The position numbers and the translations under genes were made by a program. This document shows positions 37,241-46,614 of a DNA stretch of 64,000 nt, one piece after another. The notes beneath the pieces are model-generated. The model had not been told where the DNA came from. It did no database searches and saw only the letters and a program-made list of their open reading frames with translations. This DNA is from an uncultured Solirubrobacteraceae bacterium (GTDB lineage: Bacteria; Actinomycetota; Thermoleophilia; Solirubrobacterales; Solirubrobacteraceae): NCBI GenBank assembly GCA_963839615.1, contig CAWIVY010000008.1:535-64534 (forward strand), written 5' to 3'. Position 1 is the stretch's first letter. Every line of letters starts with the position of its first letter.

Positions 37241-38155
37241 TCACGAGGACGGCTCCCGCAGCCGCGGATCGAGGATCTCCTCCAGCGCTCGCCCGCAGAG
37301 CGTGAACGCGAGCACGACCAGCACGATCGCGACGCCCGGCGGCACGTACCACCACCAGGCCTGCTCGGTCAGCGCGCCCTGCGCGAACGCCTCCTCGAGC
37401 ATCTTGCCCCACGACGGGCGCGTCGGGTCGCCGAAGCCGAGGAACGCGAGCGTCGTCTCGGACAGGATCGCGATCGGGACCGTGAGCGTCGTGTTGGCGA
37501 GGATCAGCCCGGACACGCTGGGCAGGATGTGGCGGAACATCAGATGGGCCTGGGACGCGCCGAGCGACCGGCTGCGGTCGACGTAGAGGCGCTGCTTGAG
37601 CGTGAGCACCTGTGCGCGCACGATCCGCGCCATCGAGGGCCACGATGTGATCCCGATCACGAGGATGATGTTCCGGATCGACGGCCCGAGCACGGCGGCG
37701 AGCACGATCGCCAGCGGCAGGAAGGGGATCACCAGGAACCACTCCGTCAGCCGCATCAGGACGGCGCCGGTGCGCCTGCCGTAGAAGCCGGCGGCGATCC
37801 CGACGACCATCCCGATCAGCGTCGCGATCAGCGTCGCGGCGAGCCCGACGAGCAGGCTGATGCGCGAGCCCCAGACGATCTGCGTCCAGATGCTGCGGCC
37901 CAGCTTGTCGGTGCCGAGCGGGCCGAACTCGCTCGGGCTCAACCAGGGATCGTTGGCGGTCGTGTTGACGGCGCTCAGCCCCTCCTCGTCGGCCAGCAAG
38001 GGCGCCGCGAGCGCCATCGCGACGAACACGACCAGCACGGCGAGCCCGATCATCCCGGGGCGGCTGCGCCGGTAGCTCGACCACGCCCCGGCGAGCGCGC
38101 GGCGCCGGCGCAGCCACGCGATCCGTCGGGCGGAGGGGAGCGCGACGCTGCTCAC
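37241..38155 (-). CDS. Peptide ABC transporter permease (OppC/DppC-like)
   Basis: The GTG at 38155 overlaps the oppB-like stop (GTGA). BPD-transporter permease pattern. Confidence 0.85.
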   Translation of the reverse strand: MSSVALPSARRIAWLRRRRALAGAWSSYRRSRPGMIGLAVLVVFVAMALAAPLLADEEGLSAVNTTANDPWLSPSEFGPLGTDKLGRSIWTQIVWGSRISLLVGLAATLIATLIGMVVGIAAGFYGRRTGAVLMRLTEWFLVIPFLPLAIVLAAVLGPSIRNIILVIGITSWPSMARIVRAQVLTLKQRLYVDRSRSLGASQAHLMFRHILPSVSGLILANTTLTVPIAILSETTLAFLGFGDPTRPSWGKMLEEAFAQGALTEQAWWWYVPPGVAIVLVVLAFTLCGRALEEILDPRLREPSS

Positions 38156-39120
38156 GCCGTGCGCACCCTCGGGTCGAGCGCGACGTAGAGCAGGTCGGCC
38201 AGCAGGTTGAACAGGATCACGGCGGCGCTGAAGACGAGGAACAGCCCCTGGAGCATCGGCAGGTCGGGGCCCTGCAGCGCTTCGTAGGTGGCGAGCCCGA
38301 GGCCGGGCCAGGAGAAGATCGTCTCGACCGCGATCGCGCCCGAGAGCACGAAGCCGAAGTTGATCGCGACCAGCGTGACGACGGGCAGCAGCGCGTTCGG
38401 GACGGCGTGGCGGTTGCGCACCAGAACATCGCGCAGCCCCTTGGCGCGCGCGAGCACGAGGAAGTCCTCGCGCATCGTGTCGATCAGCGAGGAGCGCATC
38501 ACGAGCGCGTACTCGCCGAGGTAGCCGATCGTGAGCGTGAGCGCAGGCAGCAGCATGTGCTCGCCCTGGTCGAGCAGCTTCGCGATGCCCGAGTCCGGCC
38601 CGTTGGGATCGACGATGCCGCCGACCGGCAGCCAGCCGAGCGCGACCGAGAAGATCGACAGCAGCAGCATCCCGAGCCAGAAGTCCGGCATCGAGTAGGT
38701 CGTCATCGTCAGCGTCGTGGCCGTGTAGTCGGTCTTCGAGTTGCGCCGCCAGGCGGCCGCGATGCCGATCAGGATCCCGAACACGGCCGAGAGCACGGCC
38801 GCGACTCCGACGAGCGCGATCGTCGCCGGCGCCTTCGCCGTGATCTCGTCGATCACCGGCTGGTTGGTGACGTAGGAGCGGCCGAAGTTCAGGCTCGCCG
38901 TCTGGGTGATGTAGCTCCAGAACTGGTCGAGCTTGGAGCCGTCGAGGCCGAACTCGCGCGTCAGCTCGTCGCGCTGCGAGTCGGACAGGTTGCGCCCGCG
39001 GAACAGGTTCGCCACCGGATCCTGCTCCACGACGCGGAACAGGAAGAAGTTGAACACCACCACGAAGGCCAGGGTCGCGAGCGACCCCAGCAGCTTCGTG
39101 ATGAGGATCCTCGGACTCAC
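38152..39120 (-). CDS. Peptide ABC transporter permease (OppB/DppB-like)
   Basis: 322-aa polytopic protein. Its GTG start overlaps the SBP stop (GTGA at 39117-39120). Confidence 0.85.
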   Translation of the reverse strand: MSPRILITKLLGSLATLAFVVVFNFFLFRVVEQDPVANLFRGRNLSDSQRDELTREFGLDGSKLDQFWSYITQTASLNFGRSYVTNQPVIDEITAKAPATIALVGVAAVLSAVFGILIGIAAAWRRNSKTDYTATTLTMTTYSMPDFWLGMLLLSIFSVALGWLPVGGIVDPNGPDSGIAKLLDQGEHMLLPALTLTIGYLGEYALVMRSSLIDTMREDFLVLARAKGLRDVLVRNRHAVPNALLPVVTLVAINFGFVLSGAIAVETIFSWPGLGLATYEALQGPDLPMLQGLFLVFSAAVILFNLLADLLYVALDPRVRTA

Positions 39121-40925
39121 TCGCGCTCGTCCGCACTGCGGCGGCGCATCACCACCCAGGCGGCCGCGCCGGCGAGCGCGAGCGCGAGCACGACGATCAC
39201 GGCTATGCCTGCGCCGCCGATGCCGCCGTCGTCACCTGCCGTGGCGGTCCCGGTCGCCCCGCCGGTGCTCTTCGACACCGGCTTCAGGCTTATGTAGCTC
39301 GGCGACGAGTTGGAGAACAGCACCGGCCCGGTGCCTTCGGGCTGGCGCACGAAGCCCTCGAACTTGTCGGTCCGGTACGCCTGCAGGTCCGGGTACGTGT
39401 AGAGCGCGTTGTAGACGCCGGTGCGCGCGAAGCGGATGAGCATCTCGTGCACGATCTCCATGCGCTTGTCCTGGTCGAGCTCGACCTTCTGCTGCTGGTA
39501 GAGCTTGTCGTAGCCCGGGTCGCACAGGTTCGCGTCGTTGTAGTAGTTCGTCGGGTTCTCCGGGTCCTGGCTGACCTGGTCGCAGGTCATGTACGACAGC
39601 ATCGGGTCGGGATCGACGAACGGCACCCAGCCCCACACGAACATGTCGTAGTCGCCCTTGCCGATCAGCTCGGTGAGCTGGCCGTCGTCGTAGACCTTCT
39701 GCGTCGTCGCGATCCCGATGTCCTTCAGCCAGCCGGTGATGAACTCGGCGCTCGGCTGCGACGACGGGCTCTCCGAGCGCACGGCGTAGCGCATCTTCAG
39801 CGGCTGGCCGCCGCCGGGCATCTCGCGCACACCGTCGCCGTCGGTGTCCTCGTAGCCGCCCTCGTCGAGCAGCGCCTTGGCCTTGTCGAGGTCGAACTCG
39901 TACTTCTGGTCGTCGGGCACCTCCGGCATCCAGGCCGGGTTCGCCGACGGGGCGATCGTGTCCGCCGGGGTCGCGTGCCCGCTCTCGACCCGGTCGACGA
40001 TCGTCTGCTTGTCGATCGCGTGGGCGATCGCCTGGCGCACGAGCGGGTCCGCGAGCGCGGGGTGGCCCTTCTTCAGGCCGTCGCCGCCGTTGATCGCGAA
40101 CTCCTGGAACGCGCCCTGGTTGCCCTCGACGACCTCGATCCCCTCGGCGTCCTTGAGCCGGTCGTACGCGGCGCCGGTCACGCCGTGCGCGGCATCGATC
40201 TCACCGCTGCGCAGCGCCGCGACCATCGTCTCCGCGTTGTTGAAGTTGCGGATCACGACCGCGGCGAGCGGCGGCTTGCCGCGCCAGTAGTTCGGGTTCG
40301 CCTCGAAGCGCGCGAACTGGCCCTTCTTGAACTCGGTCAGGTGGTAGGCGCCGGAGCCGACCCCATCCTGCCCGTTGTACTTGGTGACCTCCTTCGCGTT
40401 GTACTTCTCGTAGATGTGCTTCGGGACGATGTAGACGTCCAGCACGGGCAGCTTCGGGTCCGGCACCGATGATTTGACCTCGACCGTGGTGGGGTCGATC
40501 GCCTTCGCCTTGAGGTTCGCGGTGACCGAGCTGTGGTTGAGCCACTCCTCCTCGCGCGAGCGGTTGATCGTGTAGACGATGTCGTCGGCGGTCAGCGGCT
40601 TGCCGTCCGACCACTTGAGGTTCGGGCGCAGCTTGTAGGTCCAGGTCTTGCCGTCATCCGACCCCTCCCACGACTCGGCGAGTCCCGGCTGGACCGAGAA
40701 GTCCTTCGCGGCCTTGTCGGTCAGCCCGGCGTACTGGATGTTCCAGGCCTCGTAGGCGGCGACCGTCACGCCGACCGTCGGGTTCATGCTGTCGACGTCC
40801 TGCCAGTAGCCGACGGTGAACACCGGGGGCTTGCCGTCCTGCCCGCTCGCCGTCCCTCCGCCGCCGGTGAATACGAACGCTGCCGCCACGGCCGTGGCGG
40901 CCAGAATCCCTCCGATGAATCTCAC
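39117..40925 (-). CDS. Family-5 (peptide/nickel) ABC substrate-binding protein with extra C-terminal Gly-rich segment, TM helix and basic tail
   Basis: RBS GAGGAGGG before the GTG at 40925. N-terminal signal peptide, an SBP_bac_5-like body, and the tail ...[48 protein letters not shown]. Confidence 0.85.
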   Translation of the reverse strand: MRFIGGILAATAVAAAFVFTGGGGTASGQDGKPPVFTVGYWQDVDSMNPTVGVTVAAYEAWNIQYAGLTDKAAKDFSVQPGLAESWEGSDDGKTWTYKLRPNLKWSDGKPLTADDIVYTINRSREEEWLNHSSVTANLKAKAIDPTTVEVKSSVPDPKLPVLDVYIVPKHIYEKYNAKEVTKYNGQDGVGSGAYHLTEFKKGQFARFEANPNYWRGKPPLAAVVIRNFNNAETMVAALRSGEIDAAHGVTGAAYDRLKDAEGIEVVEGNQGAFQEFAINGGDGLKKGHPALADPLVRQAIAHAIDKQTIVDRVESGHATPADTIAPSANPAWMPEVPDDQKYEFDLDKAKALLDEGGYEDTDGDGVREMPGGGQPLKMRYAVRSESPSSQPSAEFITGWLKDIGIATTQKVYDDGQLTELIGKGDYDMFVWGWVPFVDPDPMLSYMTCDQVSQDPENPTNYYNDANLCDPGYDKLYQQQKVELDQDKRMEIVHEMLIRFARTGVYNALYTYPDLQAYRTDKFEGFVRQPEGTGPVLFSNSSPSYISLKPVSKSTGGATGTATAGDDGGIGGAGIAVIVVLALALAGAAAWVVMRRRSADERE

Positions 40926-40968
40926 GCGACCCTCCTCAAGGTGTGCGGCTGCTGATCATTCCTGATTC

Positions 40969-42816
40969 TCAGATCAGGTACCAGTCGAGGAAGCGCTCGA
41001 GCCGGCGATAGAAGTGGATCTGGGGGCCCGCGCGCAGGAACCCGTGCGCCTCGGTCGGGTAGGTCAGGTACTCGAACGTCTTGCCGAGACGGCGCAGCTC
41101 CGCCACGAGCTCCTCGGACTGCTTCGGGCTCACGCGCTCGTCGCGTTCGCCGTGGGCGATCAGCAGCGGCGCGCGCAGGTTCTCGAGCCGGTGGACGGGC
41201 GAGCCGGCGCGGTAGGCCGCGCGCGCGGTGGACGGGTGGCCCATCATGCGCTCGAGGTCCTGCACGCCCTCGCGGTCGCCCTGCGCCCAGGAGCTCAGGA
41301 TGTCGCAGTCGCCGTACTTCGCCACAGCGCAGCGGAAGCGGTGCTCGGGGTCGTCGGTGACCGCGAGCAGCGCCATGTAGGAGCCGTAGCTGCCGCCGAA
41401 GATCCCGAGCCGCTCGCCGTCGACCCAGTCGAGCGTGCGCAGGTGATCGGCCGCCGCGAGGCAGTCCCACACGTCCTCGACGCCCCAGACGCCGTGGTTG
41501 GCCCGCTCGAACTCGCGGCCGTAGCCGGTCGAGCCGCGGAAGTTGACCGCGAGCCAGCCATAGCCCTTGTCGACGAAGTACTGCGCGTGGCCGTCCCAGT
41601 CGTCGATGTAGGCGTCGGTCGGGCCGCCGTGGGGATACACGACCGCCGGGACGGGCCGGTCGGCCGACGCGTTCGCGGGACGGAACAGGAAGGCGGGGAT
41701 CTCGAGCCCGTCGCGCGAGCGGAACAGGACCTCCTCGGGGCTGACGTGCGGCGCGCGCCGGATCGCCAGCGGTGCGGGCGCGAGCAGCTCGCTCGTCGCG
41801 CCGCTCGCGGACACGACGCGCAGCTGCGGCGGCGTGGCGTGATCCTCGTAGCACCCGATCACGTCGCCGCGGGCGGTCCACAGCGGCGCGGCCCACGCGC
41901 CTCCGGGAGCGAGCTCGCGCACGGCGCCCGAGCCGGCGTCGACCGCGGCGAGGCCGAAGCGGTTGCGGACCCCGCGCGTGACGAGGATGCGGTCGCCGTC
42001 CGGGTGCCAGGCCGGCTCGCCGTAGTCGGCGCCGTCGCTCGTGAGCTGACGCTCGCCGGCGCCGTCGCGGCCGATCAGGTGCAGCGCCCAGGCGCCGGAC
42101 TGCTCCGACACGAAGGCGAGCGCGGAGCCGTCCGGAGACCACGCCGGCTGCCGGTCCTGGATCCGGTCCGTGCCGGTGAGCGCCCGCACCGCGCCGGTCG
42201 CGAGCGACGCGACGCGGATCTCGGAGCGGTTGAGGTCGGCGCGCGGTGTGAAGACGTAGGCGACCTCGGAGCGATCGGGTGAGACGGCCGGCGCCCACTC
42301 GTCGCCGTGATCCGCCGCGGCGGCGAGCCGGCGCGGCCACGGGTCCGCGATGTCCACGACCGCGAGCCGCGTCGCGTCGCCGCGCTCCATGCTCACGAGC
42401 AGCGTCGCGTCGTCGATCCACACCGGGTTGCCGGCCTCCAGCAGCTTGCGCGGCGGCCCGCCGGCCGTCGCCACGAGCCAGACATGGCCGTCGTCGGCGT
42501 ACGCGACCTCCGCGCCGCCGGGCGCGAGCCGCGGCGCGGCGTCCTCCCAGTAGGGCAGCAGCGCACGGCCGGCCGTCAGCCGCCGCGGCACGGGGCACGG
42601 TTCCTCGAGGTCGAGCAGCCACACGTCGGAGGTGTCGCGATCCTGGATGAAGACCGCGTGCCGGCGGTCCACGCCGAGCGTGAGCGAGCGCGGACGCTCG
42701 GTGGCGGCGATCGCCTCCAGCCGCCAGTGCGGTGGCGGCGCCACGTCCTTGCGCGGCTGGACGGGGATCCCCTCGGACTCGTCGCGTCCGACCCAGTGGG
42801 CGAGCGGGTCAGCCAC
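40969..42816 (-). CDS. S9-family serine peptidase (beta-propeller plus alpha/beta hydrolase; acylaminoacyl-peptidase/DPP-like)
   Basis: TolB-like propeller repeats (SPDGS..AF), the nucleophile motif GGSYGSYM and a C-terminal ..EAHGF. Confidence 0.85.
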   Translation of the reverse strand: MADPLAHWVGRDESEGIPVQPRKDVAPPPHWRLEAIAATERPRSLTLGVDRRHAVFIQDRDTSDVWLLDLEEPCPVPRRLTAGRALLPYWEDAAPRLAPGGAEVAYADDGHVWLVATAGGPPRKLLEAGNPVWIDDATLLVSMERGDATRLAVVDIADPWPRRLAAAADHGDEWAPAVSPDRSEVAYVFTPRADLNRSEIRVASLATGAVRALTGTDRIQDRQPAWSPDGSALAFVSEQSGAWALHLIGRDGAGERQLTSDGADYGEPAWHPDGDRILVTRGVRNRFGLAAVDAGSGAVRELAPGGAWAAPLWTARGDVIGCYEDHATPPQLRVVSASGATSELLAPAPLAIRRAPHVSPEEVLFRSRDGLEIPAFLFRPANASADRPVPAVVYPHGGPTDAYIDDWDGHAQYFVDKGYGWLAVNFRGSTGYGREFERANHGVWGVEDVWDCLAAADHLRTLDWVDGERLGIFGGSYGSYMALLAVTDDPEHRFRCAVAKYGDCDILSSWAQGDREGVQDLERMMGHPSTARAAYRAGSPVHRLENLRAPLLIAHGERDERVSPKQSEELVAELRRLGKTFEYLTYPTEAHGFLRAGPQIHFYRRLERFLDWYLI

Positions 42817-43918
42817 GCGCCACCTCCGCGCCGCGCGCCCCGGCGGCCGTCGCGAGGCCGTCGTCGAGCCCCTCCAGCGCCGCGCGCACGAGCGCGCCGA
42901 TCCTCGCCAGGTCGTAGCCGCCCTCCTGAACCACGACCGTCGGCAGCCCGAGCGCGCCGAGCGCGCGGCCGGCCGCGCGCAGACCGTCGGCGGTCACCCG
43001 CAGGGGGCTCTCGGGGTCGCCGGCGGCGGCGTCGACGCCGAGGGCGATCACCAGCGCCCGCGGCCCGAAGCTGCGCGCCCATCGCGCGAGCTCGCCGACC
43101 GCGGCGACCCACGGCGCGTCGCCGGACCCGGGAGCGAGCGCGACGTTGCGGTTCGCGCCCGTGCCCGCGCCGCTCCCGTCCTCGCCGGCGAAGCCGAGGA
43201 AGTGCGGGAACCAGCCGGCGCCGGGGTCGACGTGGACCGATCCCGTCACGACCTCGGCGCTGTCGTAGAAGATCGCCTGCGCGCCGTTGCCGTGGTGCGC
43301 GTCGACGTCGAGCAGCGCGACCGGCCCGCCGAGCGCCTCGAGCAGCCGCGCGGCGGCGATGGCGCCGTTGTTGAGGTAGCAGCAGCCGCCGTAGGCGCTG
43401 CGCGTGACGTGGTGGCCCGGCGGGCGGCAGCATGCGTAAGCGGCGGGCGCGCCGGCGAGTACGAGCTCCGCGGCGGTCAGGGCGGCGTCGGCCGCGCCGC
43501 GCGCCGCCTCCCAGGTGCCCGGGCCGATCAGGGTCATCGTGTCGAAGGCGAAGTGACCGGTGCGCGCCCAGGTCGCGGCCGGGAGTGCGGGCGCCAGCGT
43601 CCCGAGCAGCCCGGGGTGGGCAAAGAAGTACGGCACGACACGATCCTGGCCGGGATCCTGCATCAGCCCGGATTCCTCCCACTCCCGCCACGCGCCTGCC
43701 AGGAAGTCGAGCAGCGCCCGGTCGTGCACCGCCGCCAGCGCTCGGTCGGGCTGCGGCGCGGCGGTGACGACAGGGTGCCCGGCGCGCTCGAGCTCGGCCC
43801 GGATCGCGTCGGCACGCGCCGCGACCTCGACCGCCGGCGTCCGCACGCCGACCCAGATCTCCGCCCCCGGATCGTGGAGCCGCTGCGCTTCGCTCCAGAC
43901 GAGGGGGATCGCGGCCAC
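42809..43918 (-). CDS. Histone-deacetylase-family amidohydrolase (acetylpolyamine/acetoin-utilisation type)
   Basis: RPPGHH, DVDAHHGNGAQ and EGGY motifs. GTG at 43918 is proposed as the start. The stop overlaps the S9 peptidase start by 8 nt. Confidence 0.8.
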   Translation of the reverse strand: MAAIPLVWSEAQRLHDPGAEIWVGVRTPAVEVAARADAIRAELERAGHPVVTAAPQPDRALAAVHDRALLDFLAGAWREWEESGLMQDPGQDRVVPYFFAHPGLLGTLAPALPAATWARTGHFAFDTMTLIGPGTWEAARGAADAALTAAELVLAGAPAAYACCRPPGHHVTRSAYGGCCYLNNGAIAAARLLEALGGPVALLDVDAHHGNGAQAIFYDSAEVVTGSVHVDPGAGWFPHFLGFAGEDGSGAGTGANRNVALAPGSGDAPWVAAVGELARWARSFGPRALVIALGVDAAAGDPESPLRVTADGLRAAGRALGALGLPTVVVQEGGYDLARIGALVRAALEGLDDGLATAAGARGAEVARG

Positions 43919-43968
43919 GGGCCGCGAGCCTACATAAAGGGGGGCTGGCACCGTTAAGGTTGCGCGCC

Positions 43969-45073
43969 GTGTCCGGGCCGCCAGCACCGCGAGGTCCGCG
44001 CCTGCGTGAGCTGGGGCTGCGGATCGGCGCGTTCGCGCCGGGGCCGGAGAACGCGATCACCGACGTCGCCGGCGTCCGGGTCGGCCACGTCACGGTCTGG
44101 CGCGACGAGCCCGGCGGGCGCGGGATCGCGCGCACCGGCGTGACCGCGATCCTGCCGGGACCCGCCGAGGGGCTCTATCCGCGAACCCGTAGCGGCGGGG
44201 ACGGCGGTGCTCAACGGGGCGGGGGAGATGACCGGCAGCGTGGCGATCGCGGAGTGGGGACTCGTCGAGACGCCGGTCTACCTCACCTCGACGATGGCCG
44301 TCGGGCGCATCCTCGACGGCGCCGTCGCCGCGGCGGTCGCCGCCGATCCCGCAGTCGGGACCGAGGAAGTCGTCATCCCGGTCGTGGCGGAGTGCGACGA
44401 CAGCTGGCTCTCCGACAGCGCCGTCGTGCAGGTCGAGGCGCAGGACGCGGGACGGGCGCTGGCGCAGGCGCGCGGCGGCCCCGTCGCCGAAGGCGCGGTC
44501 GGCGCCGGGACGGGCATGGTCTGCTTCGGCTGGAAGGGCGGCATCGGCACGGCGAGCCGGCTCGAGCCGGACACGGGCGCCACCGTCGGCGTCCTGGTGC
44601 TCGCGAACTTCGGCACGGCGGCCGACCTGCGGATCGACGGGGTCCCCGCCGGCCGCGCGCTGCCGGATCCGGGGGCGGGCGTGCGCCCGCCCGCCGGCAG
44701 CTGCATCGCGATCGTCGCGACCGACGCGCCGCTCGCGCCCGCACAGCTCACGCGGCTCGCGCGCCGCGCCGGGCTCGGCCTCGGCCGCACCGGCTCGGTC
44801 GCGCACCACGGCAGCGGCGAGATCTTCCTTGCGTTCGCGACCTCTGGCCGCCGCCCTCGGGCGGAGTTCGGCCGCCGCGCGGCCGAGCATTCGCTGCCGG
44901 ACTCAGAGCTCGATCCGCTCTTCGGCGCGACCGTGGACGCGACCGAGGAGGCCGTCCTGAACGCGCTCTGGGCGGCCGCCGACGTCACCGGACGCGGCGG
45001 GCACGTCGCGCCCGGGCTGCCGCACGCCGCCGTGCTCGAGCTGCTGCGCTCGCACCGCCGGCTCGTGACGTGA
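43969..45073 (+). pseudogene. DmpA/S58 (P1-family) aminopeptidase with one apparent frameshift near 44180
   Basis: The N-terminal 70 aa (..ITDVAGVRVGHVTV..TGVTAILPGP..) are in the 43960 frame. The remainder (VLNGAGEMTG..GTGMVCFGWKGGIGTASR..) is in the 44207 frame. The join is around LY(P)REPVAAG. Confidence 0.7.
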
Positions 45074-45080
45074 GGCGGGT

Positions 45081-45980
45081 CTAGGACGCTAGAGCAGCGC
45101 CCGCGTCGCGCGCGAGCCGCGCGGGCGTGTCGTCGTCGAAGCTCGCGAAGAAGCCCCCGACGCGGTCGGTCAGCTCGCCCATGCCGTCACAGGCGAAGAG
45201 GATCGGCTGGTAGTGGGTGATGTCGTACTCGAGCGTCGCCATGACGTGGAAGTCGACCGGCCGGATGTCGGCCGCGCGGAACTCCTCGATCTCGCCGTAG
45301 GAGGACAGCAGCCCGGCGCCGTAGCAGCGCAGCTCGCCCTCCTCGCGCATGACGCCGAACTCGATCGTGAACCAGAAGACGTCGGCGAGGTACTGCAGGC
45401 CCTCGGCGGTCTCGCAGCGCCGCGCGGCCTCGCCGGCGAGCCGCTTGACGGTGGCGATCTGCGGATCGGCGAGCAGGTTCCCATGCCCGATCACCTCGTG
45501 CACGATGTCGGGCTCGGGCGTGTAGAGCGGGCTGCTCGGATGGCGCAGGTACTGCGTCGAGTGGAACACCCGGTCGGCCAGCGCGCCGTAGAACTCGTCG
45601 AGCGGGACGAGGCCGGCAGCGGGGTGGAACTCGAAGCCGGTGAGCGGCTCGAGCCGGGCCGTCACCTCGTCGAGCTGGGGCACGTAGTCGGCGGGCAGCG
45701 CGAGCGCGGCCTTGGCCTCGCGGAACGCGCGGCAGGCGAGCCGCTCGTGCTTCGGGGCGAGCTCGCGGCAGACCGTGCGCCAGATCTCGTGCTCGGCCTC
45801 CGTGTAGTCCACGCGCGGGATCGGCTCGCCCGGCTGCCAGGAGAAGGCTCCGGCGGCGATCTCGTTGCGGCGTAGGCGGTAGTCGGGATCGCCGGCTCCG
45901 GGATGGTCGTCGGCGAGGTGGACCTTGACGCCGTCAGGGCCGTCGGTCACAGGTGCGTAGAGCTGCCCTTCTTCGAACAT
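45081..45980 (-). CDS. phhA: Phenylalanine-4-hydroxylase (aromatic amino acid hydroxylase)
   Basis: PEPDIVHEVIGHGNLL iron-binding motif; 299 aa, the bacterial PAH size. Confidence 0.85.
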   Translation of the reverse strand: MFEEGQLYAPVTDGPDGVKVHLADDHPGAGDPDYRLRRNEIAAGAFSWQPGEPIPRVDYTEAEHEIWRTVCRELAPKHERLACRAFREAKAALALPADYVPQLDEVTARLEPLTGFEFHPAAGLVPLDEFYGALADRVFHSTQYLRHPSSPLYTPEPDIVHEVIGHGNLLADPQIATVKRLAGEAARRCETAEGLQYLADVFWFTIEFGVMREEGELRCYGAGLLSSYGEIEEFRAADIRPVDFHVMATLEYDITHYQPILFACDGMGELTDRVGGFFASFDDDTPARLARDAGAALAS

Positions 45981-46041
45981 GCCCGGGTTCTACGCGCGCG
46001 CTCCGGCCGCCACAAGCACGCAGTGCGTATCGTTACGCGCC

Positions 46042-46506
46042 ATGACAACAATGGAACGACTCGGCGACATGGATCGCAAGATTCTTGTGCTTCTGCAGCG
46101 AGAAGGGCGCCGGTCGTTCGCGGACATCGGGCGCGAGGTGGGCCTGTCGACCCCTGCGGTCAAGCGCCGCGTCGACCGGCTCGAGGCCGCCGGCGTGATC
46201 CGCGGCTACGCCGCGGTGGTCGACGCGTCCAAGCTCGGCTTCGGCTTCGAGGCGATCGCCGAGGTCTACTGCGCCGATCGCACCGCGCCGCACGACGTGC
46301 TCGAGAGCGTCGTCGGGATCCCCGAGGTCGTGAGCGCGGTGACGGTGTCGGGCGAGCCCGACGCGGTCCTGCGCGTGCAGGTCGACGACATCCGCCATCT
46401 CGAGCGCCTGATCGAGACGCTGCGCAGGCGACCTAACGTCGTGCGCACGCGGACGATGATCGTCCTCTCGGTGCTGGTGGACAGGCCGTCGGCCTTGCCC
46501 ATGTAA
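46042..46506 (+). CDS. Lrp/AsnC-family transcriptional regulator
   Basis: LDRKILVLLQREGRRSFADIGREVGLSTPAVKRRVDRLE HTH plus a RAM domain. Divergent from phhA. Confidence 0.85.
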   Translation: MTTMERLGDMDRKILVLLQREGRRSFADIGREVGLSTPAVKRRVDRLEAAGVIRGYAAVVDASKLGFGFEAIAEVYCADRTAPHDVLESVVGIPEVVSAVTVSGEPDAVLRVQVDDIRHLERLIETLRRRPNVVRTRTMIVLSVLVDRPSALPM

Positions 46507-46555
46507 CGTCGCCGAAGGCGAGCGCGACTCGTAACGTCGCCGAACGCGAGCGCGA
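46503..46555. repeat. 25-nt direct repeat x2 (1 mismatch, 28-nt period), straddling and following the lrp stop
   Basis: GTAACGTCGCCGAAGGCGAGCGCGA at 46503-46527 and GTAACGTCGCCGAACGCGAGCGCGA at 46531-46555. Confidence 0.85.
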
Positions 46556-46572
46556 GGTACGAGCACTCGCGT

Positions 46573-46602
46573 GGCAGGCGAAACCGATACCGGCAGGCGA
46601 AA
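46573..46602. repeat. 11-nt direct repeat GGCAGGCGAAA x2 (19-nt period) just upstream of the 46615 gene
   Basis: Copies at 46573-46583 and 46592-46602, read directly. Confidence 0.8.
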
Positions 46603-46614
46603 TCCTTATCCAGC

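Noticed and set aside
35235-38117. 960-aa ORF that looks like one giant gene.
   Set aside because: Only its last 338 codons (from the ATG at 36251) are a real OppF-like ATPase. The upstream part is an open off-frame read through the oppD-like and oppC-like genes.
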